DNA of 64,000 bases from positions 17,344-81,343 of the forward strand of contig CAIZPP010000177.1 of NCBI GenBank assembly GCA_903934875.1, given 5' to 3'. The position numbers and the translations under genes were made by a program. The DNA is from an uncultured Methylococcaceae bacterium (GTDB lineage: Bacteria; Pseudomonadota; Gammaproteobacteria; Methylococcales; Methylococcaceae). Positions within the stretch are counted from its first letter, which is position 1, and each line of letters starts with the position of its first letter. Below the pieces are notes generated by a model that saw only the letters and a list, made by a program, of their open reading frames with translations, ran no database searches and had not been told where the DNA came from. This document shows, in pieces, positions 19,092-28,695 of the stretch.

Positions 19092-21682
19092 ACGCCTACG
19101 CAGACCCCTTGCTAGACCCTCGTTTGCGGCCTTATTTGAAAGACGTGCAGGCTTGGCATGGCTATGTGCGCTTTCTCGGCCTGCCTACGCTGCAAGACCA
19201 CCCGGACACGCCGCTGCACGAATTGTTCGTGCCGCCGTTGCTGTCCAAATATTCGGTATCGACGGAAACCCCCACGGCAAACTGGCCGAAAGGCGAACCG
19301 GTATTGGCCACGTTGCACGAAGCCAAGCGGCTGGTGGTGCTGGGCGATCCGGGCAGCGGCAAATCCGTGTTGGTCAATTGGCTGGCTTGGCTGTTGGTGT
19401 CGGGCGTGGAGGAACGTGTGCCCGAATGGCTGCGCGGCTGCATCCCCTTGCCCTTGGTGTTGCGGGAAATGGAACTGGGCGGCGTGAAAGATTTCGACAG
19501 TTTGCTGGATGCCTTCCTAAAACGCCGGGTGGCTTTGCATTTAAAAGGGCAAAAAGATTTATTGGTCAAATGGTTGCAAGCAGGCCGGGTGTTGGTGCTG
19601 GCCGATGGATTGGACGAAGTAGGCAGCGGGCAGCGGGAGGGTTTGCGCGATGCCTTGTGGGATGGGTTTGCCCAATATCCTGAAAGCTATTTCTTCGCGA
19701 CTTCGCGGCTGGTGGGGTATGAGGATTGCCCTGTTGATTGGCGAAAAAAAGATTTGCCCCAAGATGATACTCGACTGCAAAATTGGCGAATTGATGGTCG
19801 AGTTGGAGAACGTCCCGGTTATTGGCGACATATGGCTGAACTCCTTCATATCATGCCCTTCGACGACGACCGCATCCGCGCTTTTGCGGTAAACTGGTAT
19901 CGGCTGCGCTCACTTAAACCGACTGCGGACAGCGATGCGGAACAATTCATCAAAGCCTTGTTCCGCGACGAAACCACGCGCAGTCTGGCCCGCAACCCGC
20001 AATTGCTGACCTTGATGGCCTTGGTTTACCGGGTGCGGGCGCAGTTGCCGGATGGCCGGGCGTTGTTGTACGATTTGATTGCCGAGGCTTATCTGGAATC
20101 CATAGACCAGGCCCGCAACATCACCACCAGTGCTGCCGATGCCGCGCCTTGGCGGGAAAAACGCCGCTGGTTGGCACGAGTGGGGTTTGAACTGCAATAC
20201 CGCCGGATGGGCACCGCTTCTTCTACAGGGCAGGAAAGTAAGACCGACGCGGTCTCAAAGACCGCGTCGGTCTCTGGCCATGTACAGGGTGAGGGCGAAC
20301 AAGAATTACTGGCAACACGAAAAGACGTGTTGGGCTGGTTGGCAGCAGCCATGCACGAATCGGGATACTCCGCCAACCCCGGTTTTGTCGATTCCTATTT
20401 GCATTGGGTGGCCCGACGCAGTGGCTTGTTGCTGCCGCGAGGTGAAGAGCTATTCGCGTTTGTGCATTTGTCGTTTCAAGAGTATTTCGCCGCGTTGTAC
20501 TTGTGCGAACACTTTGTGGATGCCGATTGGGTGCTGGCACAGCGGGATGGAACATCTGCCACAGACGGCGATGCCCGCGTCAACACCGCGCTGTTGCGGG
20601 CTTGGGCCAAAGACCCGCGCTGGCAGGACACCTTAGTGTTTTGTTTCGAGAACTTCGCGTTCCAGCCCAAGGATGCCAAGCGGCTGTTGGGATGGTTGTT
20701 TGGAGACGATTACCAAGATTTTCTTAATGATGTACTCCAATACTCTGAGGATATATTCGAATCGCTCCGGGAAGCCGGACGCGCTGAGTTGTTGGCGCGG
20801 ATATTGACCAATCCACACACGGGACTCACACTATTAGAACGGGGGGCTGCATTTAATGCGGTCTGGCAGTATATGGAGCAGGCCGAGCATCGTTTTAATG
20901 ATACTTTCTTCCACTTGTTTACTCCTGAGAAAGTACTGAATCGTTTGTTAGCTTCTGATGAATGGGCCGGGAAATTTTGGCAACGCCTGATCCAATATAA
21001 TCCCCTATCTCTAAATTTAATTCAAAGTACTATCAGTGATCTCTCGACCTTGGCTCAACTGACTGGCTTGCATAAGCTCTTATTGGACCAAACCGCCGTC
21101 AGCGATTTGTCGCCTCTGGTCCAGTTGCCCCACTTGCAAAAGCTCTACTTGGACCGAACCGCCGTCAGTGACCTGTCGCCTCTGGCCCAACTGACTGACT
21201 TGAAGCAGATCGATTTGGGTGAAACAAATGTCAGCGATCTATCGCCGCTGGAACAATTGACTGGCTTGCAGTGGCTTAGCCTGAGCCAAACTGCCATAAG
21301 CGACCTATCGCCTCTGGCCAAGTTGACCGGCTTGCAGCGGCTTAGCTTGAGTCAAACCGCCGTCAGCGACCTATCGCCTCTGGCCGGATTGACCGGCTTG
21401 CAGAGTCTCTTCTTGAACCAAACTGCCGTAAGCGACCTTTCGCCGCTGGCCCAATTGACCCGCTTGCTAAGGCTCTCCTTGGATCAAACCGCCGTCAGTG
21501 ACATCTCCCCGCTGGCCCAATTGACCGGCTTGCAGACACTCTCCTTGAATCAAACTGCCGTCAGCGACCTGTCGCCATTGCTCCGGCTCCCTAATTTAAA
21601 AGACCTTTACATTAACGGTGTCCAAGCCCCAATCCCGACCGCTTTGCGCCAACGTAAGGGCTTGAAAATTGATGGGCCATGA
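19088..21682 (+). CDS. NACHT-domain STAND NTPase with a C-terminal leucine-rich-repeat array (bacterial NLR-like)
   Basis: Walker A GDPGSGKS and Walker B VLVLADGLDEV (hhhhDGhDE NACHT form), a helical arm, then about nine 22-aa repeats L..L..L..L.L..T.VSDLSPLA. Confidence 0.75.
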   Translation: MNAYADPLLDPRLRPYLKDVQAWHGYVRFLGLPTLQDHPDTPLHELFVPPLLSKYSVSTETPTANWPKGEPVLATLHEAKRLVVLGDPGSGKSVLVNWLAWLLVSGVEERVPEWLRGCIPLPLVLREMELGGVKDFDSLLDAFLKRRVALHLKGQKDLLVKWLQAGRVLVLADGLDEVGSGQREGLRDALWDGFAQYPESYFFATSRLVGYEDCPVDWRKKDLPQDDTRLQNWRIDGRVGERPGYWRHMAELLHIMPFDDDRIRAFAVNWYRLRSLKPTADSDAEQFIKALFRDETTRSLARNPQLLTLMALVYRVRAQLPDGRALLYDLIAEAYLESIDQARNITTSAADAAPWREKRRWLARVGFELQYRRMGTASSTGQESKTDAVSKTASVSGHVQGEGEQELLATRKDVLGWLAAAMHESGYSANPGFVDSYLHWVARRSGLLLPRGEELFAFVHLSFQEYFAALYLCEHFVDADWVLAQRDGTSATDGDARVNTALLRAWAKDPRWQDTLVFCFENFAFQPKDAKRLLGWLFGDDYQDFLNDVLQYSEDIFESLREAGRAELLARILTNPHTGLTLLERGAAFNAVWQYMEQAEHRFNDTFFHLFTPEKVLNRLLASDEWAGKFWQRLIQYNPLSLNLIQSTISDLSTLAQLTGLHKLLLDQTAVSDLSPLVQLPHLQKLYLDRTAVSDLSPLAQLTDLKQIDLGETNVSDLSPLEQLTGLQWLSLSQTAISDLSPLAKLTGLQRLSLSQTAVSDLSPLAGLTGLQSLFLNQTAVSDLSPLAQLTRLLRLSLDQTAVSDISPLAQLTGLQTLSLNQTAVSDLSPLLRLPNLKDLYINGVQAPIPTALRQRKGLKIDGP
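21040..21600 (+). repeat. Tandem 66-bp coding repeats (LRR units) inside the NACHT gene
   Basis: About nine consecutive 66-bp units (…caaaccgccgtcagcga(c/t)(c/t)t(a/g)tcgcc(t/g)ctggcc…). Confidence 0.8.
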
Positions 21683-21845
21683 TGCGCGGCGGCCTGCTTC
21701 CCGTGGGAGCTTCGAAAAAGTCGATCCTCAGAGGTTTTTCTGCTTCCCATGCTCCAACGCCCATCATTACACACGAGTATTACAGCGTTTTCACGTTTAC
21801 AATACCTTCGCCAATATCATGCGAGACCTCAGTTTTTGGCACAGC

Positions 21846-21941
21846 ACCACTGATCTGAGGGCCAAGCTGGTGCTTGGCGCTCCCAGAAGGAACGCCAAGC
21901 ACCAGCTTGGAGAGGTGGATTCATTATTGGAAATCACCTAA
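21846..21941. repeat. Family-3 repeat (hairpin 'ccaagctggtgcttggcg...cgccaagcaccagcttgg' plus tail 'ggtggattcattattggaaatcacct'), copy 1
   Basis: Second copy at 29875-30008. Preceded by a partial family-1 terminus at 21781-21810. Confidence 0.75.
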
Positions 21942-22207
21942 AGCAGTTTGACTAGAGTGGCGACAATGCCTATCGAAAAGGCCATCAACGCACCCAGTTT
22001 GATGACAATGCGCAACTCCATCTCACGCATGTCACGGCGGAGCAAGTCCACCTCCCGCGTAAGGTCGTCTTTGCTTGCCAAGTCCTTTAGGTTGATTTCG
22101 AGCACTTCCGCCAAGGCTTCCGCCTCGGCTTCGGCTTGTTTGTCGGACACACCCGCATCCTTCAGGCGCTTGGAATATTTCAACCTGTCGAATGCGATGG
22201 CGGCCAT
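21938..22207 (-). CDS. DUF1640-family protein (coiled coil plus C-terminal transmembrane helix)
   Basis: MAAIAFDRLKYSKRLKDAGVSDKQAEAEAEALAEVL... C-terminal hydrophobic helix; 89 aa. Confidence 0.6.
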   Translation of the reverse strand: MAAIAFDRLKYSKRLKDAGVSDKQAEAEAEALAEVLEINLKDLASKDDLTREVDLLRRDMREMELRIVIKLGALMAFSIGIVATLVKLL

Positions 22208-22361
22208 GGGCGTACCTCTTTAGGTCATGCTGTGTTGTTGCCTTACCAAAGGATTTTACCGCACGGACTGCCTGAACAAAAGCAAATTGCATTTGATGGC
22301 GGTGTTGTTGCCGCCGCCACAAGGTGTGGATTTTTTCAGTCATATCCTTGAAACGCTGTAA

Positions 22362-22703
22362 CTACAAACGATCAGCCAACCTAAGCAACAATGCCGCAAT
22401 AATAGTAATTTGCAAGATTCCCACGCCGACAACCCAACGGATTAAATCAGCCTTGGTTTCGGCGATGTCACGCTTTAACTCAGAGCGCACCAGTTCTATT
22501 TTTAACTCGGTTTCCTTGATGCGCGAATCCAAGTCTTTCCTTGTAGCTAATTCCTCCGGCCTGAAGTCTTGCCGCGCTTGTTCAACCGCCGCAGCGCTCG
22601 CTTGACGTTGCAAATCGGTGATAACTTCGGCCTGGGACTCGGAAAAACCGGAATCCCTAAGGCGCTTCACAAACTCATGCGTGTCGAACGTAATGGCTAT
22701 CAT
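22362..22703 (-). CDS. DUF1640-family protein, tandem paralogue
   Basis: MIAITFDTHEFVKRLRDSGFSESQAEVITDL... C-terminal transmembrane helix; 113 aa. Confidence 0.6.
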   Translation of the reverse strand: MIAITFDTHEFVKRLRDSGFSESQAEVITDLQRQASAAAVEQARQDFRPEELATRKDLDSRIKETELKIELVRSELKRDIAETKADLIRWVVGVGILQITIIAALLLRLADRL

Positions 22704-22744
22704 CGTTTACTCCCGTTTCACTCTAAAAATAGCTACAAAAAAGT

Positions 22745-22890
22745 TATCTGATGTAGGTTGGGTTAGGCGCGTCTTTTTGCGCCGTAACCCAACATGTGGG
22801 GCCGGATTTGTCGGGTTACGGCGCACTCGGACGGAGTCATGGCCGGGCAGAATGTCCAGATGTGCGCCTAACCCGACCTACACTATTATC
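22745..22890. repeat. Palindromic element with about 21-bp terminal inverted repeats (gatgtaggttgggttaggcgc / gcgcctaacccgacctacac) and an internal hairpin (cgccgtaaccc...gggttacggcg)
   Basis: Read directly; single copy in this window. Confidence 0.6.
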
Positions 22891-22917
22891 TAATATTCGA
22901 GTGAAACGGGAGTAATG

Positions 22918-24519
22918 CTACAAATCTATCACGCCGCGCTCAACTTCCCCTTGCTTGCGCAATTCCCGCTTGAGGATTTTGCCGGTGGCGTTTTTGGGCA
23001 ATTCCGGCAGGATGTGGATTTTGCGCGGAACTTGGTGCCGCCCTAAGTGTTCGCGGCAATAAGCGCGGATGTCGGCTTCGGTTGCCTCGGCACCGGCAAT
23101 CAGGGACACATAAGCTACCGGGATTTCGCCGTGCAAGTCGTTGGGTTCGCCCACCACCGCCGCCTCGTTGATGGGCGCGTAGCGGTATAAGGCTTCCTCT
23201 ATCATGCGCGGATAGACGTTCATGCCATTGACGATGACCAAGTCTTTTTTCCGGTCCACTATCGAAAAATAGCCGTCCTCGTCCTCCGTCCCTAGGTCTC
23301 CAGTCAAAAACCAGCCGCCGCGGAACGATTCGGCGGTCGCCTCAGGCAGATTCCAATAACCCTTCATCACATTCGCCCCGCGCACGGCAATTTCGCCCAC
23401 CTCGCCAATCGGCAAGGTTGCCAAGCCTTCCTCGCCTATGATGCGCATCTCCACGCCGGGGATGGGCAAACCTACCGTACCCGGTTTGCTCAAACCGCCA
23501 ATGGGGTTGACGCAGGTCACTGGCCCGCATTCGGTGGGTCCGTCGCCCTCGTAAATTTTCTTGCCAAACTGTTCCTCGAAGCGGCGCAATATCTCCACCG
23601 GCAAGGCCGCCCCGCCGGAAATGCAGAAGCGCAAAGATTCCAGCCATTGCGCCCGTTCCGGCTTGAGCCGCAACAGCACGGTGAACATGCTGGGCACCCC
23701 TAAGAAAATAGTCGCACGGGTTTCGTGTATGGTTTTAGCGACCAGTTCCGGTTCAAAGCGCGGCACGGGCACAATGGCGCAGCCATACAGCAAGGGGGTC
23801 AACAGGCCTACGGTAGCCGCAAACGCATGGAACATGGGCAGCACCACCAGGACAGTATCGCCCCCTGGCCGCCATTGCATGGCTTGTTGCACACTCGCCA
23901 CATTGGCGAGCAGATTGCCGTGCGTCAACATGGCACCTTTGGGTTTGCCCGTCGTGCCGGAGGTATAGAGGATGACGGCAAGGTCTTGTTGCGGGTCGTG
24001 TTCGATAGATGGCGGAGGCGCAGCCGTGTGCAATAGTTCATCCCATGTAACCGGCTGTTGGGCCATCACCCTGCCCCCTCCCAAGAGTAGAGGGTGCATG
24101 ATTTCAATCATGTTGCCCGCCCCGCCCATGTTGACGGTGCAGGCCAGGCTCCCGACCGCGCTTTGCAACAGCGCCGCCTGTGCGGTAAACGCCACATGAT
24201 GGACCAAAACCTTGGCACCGGCATCATGCAGGATGAAAGCCATTTCGCTTTGGCTTATGAGCAAGTTGATGGGAACCACCACCGCCCCGGCCTTGAGTAT
24301 CCCCAGATAGGCGATTACGAAAAACGGGCAGTTCATGCAATACAAACCAATGCGGTCGCCTTTGGACACGCCCAGCCCCGCCAGCGCGGCGGCAAAGGCA
24401 TCCGATTGCCTGCCTAAAGCCAGGTAGTCGAGTGGTTCGCCGTCCGCGATGATGGCTGCCTGCCCGGCATATTGCCGTGCGCTTGCTTGAAAAGCGTGGC
24501 CTAAGGACTGCGCCGCCAT
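22918..24519 (-). CDS. Long-chain fatty-acid--CoA ligase (AMP-dependent synthetase)
   Basis: AMP-binding motif YTSGTTGKPKGAML; 533 aa. Confidence 0.8.
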   Translation of the reverse strand: MAAQSLGHAFQASARQYAGQAAIIADGEPLDYLALGRQSDAFAAALAGLGVSKGDRIGLYCMNCPFFVIAYLGILKAGAVVVPINLLISQSEMAFILHDAGAKVLVHHVAFTAQAALLQSAVGSLACTVNMGGAGNMIEIMHPLLLGGGRVMAQQPVTWDELLHTAAPPPSIEHDPQQDLAVILYTSGTTGKPKGAMLTHGNLLANVASVQQAMQWRPGGDTVLVVLPMFHAFAATVGLLTPLLYGCAIVPVPRFEPELVAKTIHETRATIFLGVPSMFTVLLRLKPERAQWLESLRFCISGGAALPVEILRRFEEQFGKKIYEGDGPTECGPVTCVNPIGGLSKPGTVGLPIPGVEMRIIGEEGLATLPIGEVGEIAVRGANVMKGYWNLPEATAESFRGGWFLTGDLGTEDEDGYFSIVDRKKDLVIVNGMNVYPRMIEEALYRYAPINEAAVVGEPNDLHGEIPVAYVSLIAGAEATEADIRAYCREHLGRHQVPRKIHILPELPKNATGKILKRELRKQGEVERGVIDL

Positions 24520-24524
24520 GCCGC

Positions 24525-24923
24525 TTAGTTGATGACGTTATGGCCGCGATTGCGCATACAATTGTTAAAGGCTTGCTTGTATTCGTTGTCCCCCTTGATG
24601 CCTTGGCTGGCCCCGCCACCGATGCCGCCAATGGCCGCGCCCGCCGCCGCGCCTGTCGCCGGATTGCCTATGACAGCGCCCAATGCCGCACCGCCGGCCG
24701 CGCCGACCAATGCACCCACGCCAGCCCCTTTCAGCGTATTTGTGCCGACACTGCCGGCCTGTTTGGCAAGTCCGTCGCATTCCGCCTTGTCTTGTTCTAT
24801 GCGGCCTATGTTGGGGTCATTGTAAGTGTCAATGGTGGGTTGGTACCCGCCGTAGCTTGCACAACCCGTGGCAATGATTGCAGATGCAAAAACAAACCCT
24901 AGTACAGTCAATTTTCTGAACAT
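24525..24923 (-). CDS. Glycine-zipper (2TM) lipoprotein, 17-kDa-antigen-like
   Basis: Lipobox ATGC; Gly/Ala zipper GAGVGALVGAAGGAALGAVIGNPATGAAAGAAIGGIGGG. Confidence 0.6.
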   Translation of the reverse strand: MFRKLTVLGFVFASAIIATGCASYGGYQPTIDTYNDPNIGRIEQDKAECDGLAKQAGSVGTNTLKGAGVGALVGAAGGAALGAVIGNPATGAAAGAAIGGIGGGASQGIKGDNEYKQAFNNCMRNRGHNVIN

Positions 24924-24973
24924 ATCGGTATCTCCCATTAAAAAATAAGGACTGACAAAATGTAAAGCCCAAG

Positions 24974-26752
24974 CTAATTTAGCTTGCTTTTAGAGAAACG
25001 CAACCATTTTAGCAGCGTTAAATACAATTGCTCTGGATATACGGGCTTGGTAATGAAGTCATTCATGCCCGCATCTAGGCAACGCTGTATCTCTTCTTTG
25101 AAGACATTTCCGGTAAGAGCGATAATAGGCATATTTTTCGCTTGTTTGCGTATCTGCCGAGAGGTTTCAAGGCCATCCATTCCAGGCATCATCATATCCA
25201 TTAAAACCAGCGCATAGTCGTTGTTGACCACCATTTCCAATGCTTTTAGCCCATTCTCCGCACCTTCGACAGAGAGTCCAACACTTTCAACAAGCATCAT
25301 CGATACTTCCATGTTAATCGGTTCGTCTTCGACGACCAACACCTTACTTCCGCTAAATTCTCGGCCTAATATCTTGTCTGCCATTCCTTCTTGGATTTGG
25401 TCATTGGCAATAATCGAATGGCCGCCTTTTTTTAACATTACCGTAAACCAAAAAGTGCTACCCAAACCGAAAACACTTTCTGCTCCAACAGTGCCACCCA
25501 TCAACTCAGCCAGTCCTTTAGTGATGGCAAGGCCCAAGCCCGTTCCTCCATATAGTCTAGTCGTTGAGTAATCGGCCTGTTCAAAATAATTAAACAGCCT
25601 ATTAATAGCATTTTTTTCAACTCCAATGCCGGTATCTTGAACTTCAAAACGTACCAAGATTGAATCGTCAGTTTCTGCCAACTTGCGAGTCCGCAAGATG
25701 ATGCTGCCTTTTTCAGTGAACTTAATGGCATTGTTGGCATAGTTCAACAATGCCTGCTGGATACGAGTTGAGTCGCCTAACAGATTGCCGGGAATGATAT
25801 CATTATCAACGACCAACACGAGATTCTTCTCATTAATACGATCCATGAGAATCGATGCGATGTTATTCACAAGTGTTTCCACCACTATTTCGCTTTCTTC
25901 GGTCTGGAACTTTCCCGATTCAATCCGAGACAAGTCTAGAATATCGTTAATCAGGCTCAATAGGTGCTTACTTGCATATGAAATCTTAGCTAAGCATTTC
26001 TTCTGGTCGGGAATTAAACCCTCCCGTTTCATCAGATACACCAAGCCGATAATGGCGTTCAACGGTGTTCTGATTTCATGGCTCATGTAGGCTAAAAAAG
26101 CCGATTTTGAGCGATTGGCAGCATCCGCTCTTTCCTTATCGATCAAAGCCTGTTCTTTTGCGATTAGTAATTCGGCTTCCGCTTTTTGGCGCTTATTGAT
26201 TTCTCTGGTGAGTCTTACGGTTTGACTAGCTAAGGTGTCATACATTGACATAATCGTATCAATCAGAACGCGGGTAGCCCCCAACATTTCCTGATCCGCC
26301 CTCTCTTTTGCTTGCGCTAATGAAACGCCTGTTGGCAAGGCCAATACGACTTTAGCCATGCGCTTATCCCCTTCCAAAATATGGAAAGCAAGCCAGTGCG
26401 TTAGAAAGCGGACGATATCCTCAATAACCTCTTCCAATGGCTTGATATTTTCTTCTTGTTTGAGTTTTATGATTTCCGCAATGAAATCGCCATGCGAGTT
26501 TTTATGCCATTCCTCCCAATTATCTCCACAGAAATACTTTTTCCAAATTTGCTCTTCAGTATGAAAGTGGATTATGGTGTATTCTTTGAGTTGCGAAAAA
26601 ACAGCTTCCAATGCTGGAGCGCTTGTTTGATTAGCTAAATGGCTCACTAACAAATTAAGCAATCTAATGAGACCTCGATGTTGTTCATCGACTATAGGAA
26701 TACCTGTGTCAAAATTCGGATTCCAAGGAAATATCTCTATCTCTCGGTCCAT
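24974..26752 (-). CDS. Hybrid sensor histidine kinase/response regulator with an N-terminal bacteriohemerythrin domain
   Basis: Hemerythrin H...HF.EE motifs, HisKA (SHEIRTPLNAIIG), HATPase_c (GGTGLGLAI) and a receiver domain (VLVVEDEPINM...LMDMMMPGMDG). The gene sits in markedly AT-rich DNA. Confidence 0.75.
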   Translation of the reverse strand: MDREIEIFPWNPNFDTGIPIVDEQHRGLIRLLNLLVSHLANQTSAPALEAVFSQLKEYTIIHFHTEEQIWKKYFCGDNWEEWHKNSHGDFIAEIIKLKQEENIKPLEEVIEDIVRFLTHWLAFHILEGDKRMAKVVLALPTGVSLAQAKERADQEMLGATRVLIDTIMSMYDTLASQTVRLTREINKRQKAEAELLIAKEQALIDKERADAANRSKSAFLAYMSHEIRTPLNAIIGLVYLMKREGLIPDQKKCLAKISYASKHLLSLINDILDLSRIESGKFQTEESEIVVETLVNNIASILMDRINEKNLVLVVDNDIIPGNLLGDSTRIQQALLNYANNAIKFTEKGSIILRTRKLAETDDSILVRFEVQDTGIGVEKNAINRLFNYFEQADYSTTRLYGGTGLGLAITKGLAELMGGTVGAESVFGLGSTFWFTVMLKKGGHSIIANDQIQEGMADKILGREFSGSKVLVVEDEPINMEVSMMLVESVGLSVEGAENGLKALEMVVNNDYALVLMDMMMPGMDGLETSRQIRKQAKNMPIIALTGNVFKEEIQRCLDAGMNDFITKPVYPEQLYLTLLKWLRFSKSKLN

Positions 26753-26778
26753 CGTCGGCCCTTTATCAAGTATGGTGG

Positions 26779-27165
26779 TTATCGACCCTTCTGGATGAAT
26801 TCAATCTTATAACCGTCAGGGTCTTCCACGAAGGCAATGACGGTGGTTCCGTGCAGCATCGGGCCTGCCTCACGGCTTACTTTCCCGCCCCGCGCCTTGA
26901 CCAGTTCACACGCTTGATAGGCATCATCCACTTCTAGGGCAACATGGCCAAAGCCATTTCCCAGCTCATAACTATCCACGCCCCAATTATGGGTAAGTTC
27001 CAGCACCGCGCCGTCTTTTTCATCTTGGTAACCGACAAAAGCCAACGTAAATTTACCGTCGGGATAGTCGTCGCGACGCAGCAGCCTCATGCCGAGGACT
27101 TCGCTGTAAAAGGCGATGGAGCGGTCAAGATTGCCCACCCGCAACATGGTATGTAATATTCGCAT
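26779..27165 (-). CDS. gloA: Lactoylglutathione lyase (glyoxalase I)
   Basis: [20 protein letters not shown]...HNWG; 128 aa. Confidence 0.85.
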   Translation of the reverse strand: MRILHTMLRVGNLDRSIAFYSEVLGMRLLRRDDYPDGKFTLAFVGYQDEKDGAVLELTHNWGVDSYELGNGFGHVALEVDDAYQACELVKARGGKVSREAGPMLHGTTVIAFVEDPDGYKIEFIQKGR

Positions 27166-27180
27166 CGGTTTGATACTCCG

Positions 27181-28542
27181 TCAGTCCGCGAGGGCATCGG
27201 CTACCGCATCGGCCAGCCGTTGTGCCAGATTTTCCACTTGGCCCGCATCCCTTCCCTCCACCATAACCCGGATTAGCGGCTCGGTGCCGGAAGAGCGCAA
27301 TAACACCCGGCCAGTTTTGCCCAATTCACGTTCCACTTCGGCTTTGGCAGCAGCGATGGAGGGGATTGCATCAATATTGACTTTTTCCCGAATCTTCACG
27401 TTGATGAGCTTTTGCGGATATTTTTCCATACCCAGCGTCAGTTCGCTCAGCGTTTTACCGGATTGCCTCATTTCCGTCATGACTTGGAGGGCGGCAACGA
27501 TGCCGTCACCCGTGCTCGTGCGGTCCCTGCAAATGATATGGCCGGAACTCTCACCGCCCAGCACACTGTCATACTGTTGCATCATTTCCATGACATAGCG
27601 GTCGCCAACGGCGGCACGCTTAAGCACTATCCCCAAATCCTCCAAGGCGAGTTCCATCCCCAGATTGCTCATCAGCGTTCCGACGACGGGGCCTCTTAAC
27701 TGTCCCAAATTCAGCCTGGACCGGGCAATGATGTAAACCAATCCGTCGCCATCGACGATGGCACCCTGCTCGTCAACCATGATAAGCCGGTCTCCATCGC
27801 CATCCAACGCAATGCCGAAATTGGCCCGCTCGGCCAACACCGTCTGCCTTAACGTTTCTGGCTTGGTGGCGCCCAAATCCTCATTGATATTCAAACCGTT
27901 GGGCTGCACTCCGATTTTGATGACCTCTGCCCCCAACTCGCGGAAAACCGGGGGGGCAACATGGTAGGTGGACCCATGGGCGCAATCCACCACCACTTTG
28001 TAGCCATTGAAGTCGATGGAAGAGGGAATGGTAGACTTGCAAAACTCGATATAGCGGCCCGCCGCGTCATCAATGCGGGTGGCCTTGCCTAGGCGCGAAG
28101 ATTCCACTGTCGTCATCGGCAGGTTAAGCTGCTCCTCAATTTTATACTCGACTTCATCGGGCAGCTTCATGCCGTCATGCGAAAAAAACTTGATCCCGTT
28201 GTCGTAGTAGGGATTATGCGATGCGCTAATGACGATGCCCGCACGGGCGCGGAAGGTACGGGTCAGGTAGGCAATCGCCGGCGTAGGCATGGGCCCTAAC
28301 AATTGCGTGTTCACGCCGGCAGCGGACAGTCCTGCCTCCAACGCGGATTCGAACATGTAACCGGATATGCGCGTATCCTTGCCAATCACCACATTATTTT
28401 GCGAACCGGCTTGGGCGAACACCTTGCCCGCGGCCCATCCTAGCTTTAACATAAAATCTGGGGTGATGGGATACTCTCCCACCTTTCCTCTCACGCCATC
28501 GGTACCGAAATATGCTTTCTTCACTAAACAATCTCCGTTCAT
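27181..28542 (-). CDS. glmM: Phosphoglucosamine mutase
   Basis: YFGTDGVRG...; active-site serine loop (SASHNP); 453 aa. Confidence 0.9.
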   Translation of the reverse strand: MNGDCLVKKAYFGTDGVRGKVGEYPITPDFMLKLGWAAGKVFAQAGSQNNVVIGKDTRISGYMFESALEAGLSAAGVNTQLLGPMPTPAIAYLTRTFRARAGIVISASHNPYYDNGIKFFSHDGMKLPDEVEYKIEEQLNLPMTTVESSRLGKATRIDDAAGRYIEFCKSTIPSSIDFNGYKVVVDCAHGSTYHVAPPVFRELGAEVIKIGVQPNGLNINEDLGATKPETLRQTVLAERANFGIALDGDGDRLIMVDEQGAIVDGDGLVYIIARSRLNLGQLRGPVVGTLMSNLGMELALEDLGIVLKRAAVGDRYVMEMMQQYDSVLGGESSGHIICRDRTSTGDGIVAALQVMTEMRQSGKTLSELTLGMEKYPQKLINVKIREKVNIDAIPSIAAAKAEVERELGKTGRVLLRSSGTEPLIRVMVEGRDAGQVENLAQRLADAVADALAD

Positions 28543-28695
28543 GAATCGGTGACAATTAGACCGCAGCCTGCGCTTTGCGTTGCGATTGCTATGTCAAGCC
28601 CTATATTATAACTCAATTCATGACATTGGCTCTTTAGATTCCATGCGCTTCGCGTAGAATATAAGAACCTCGCCCTTAGCCACTTTCACACCCCC

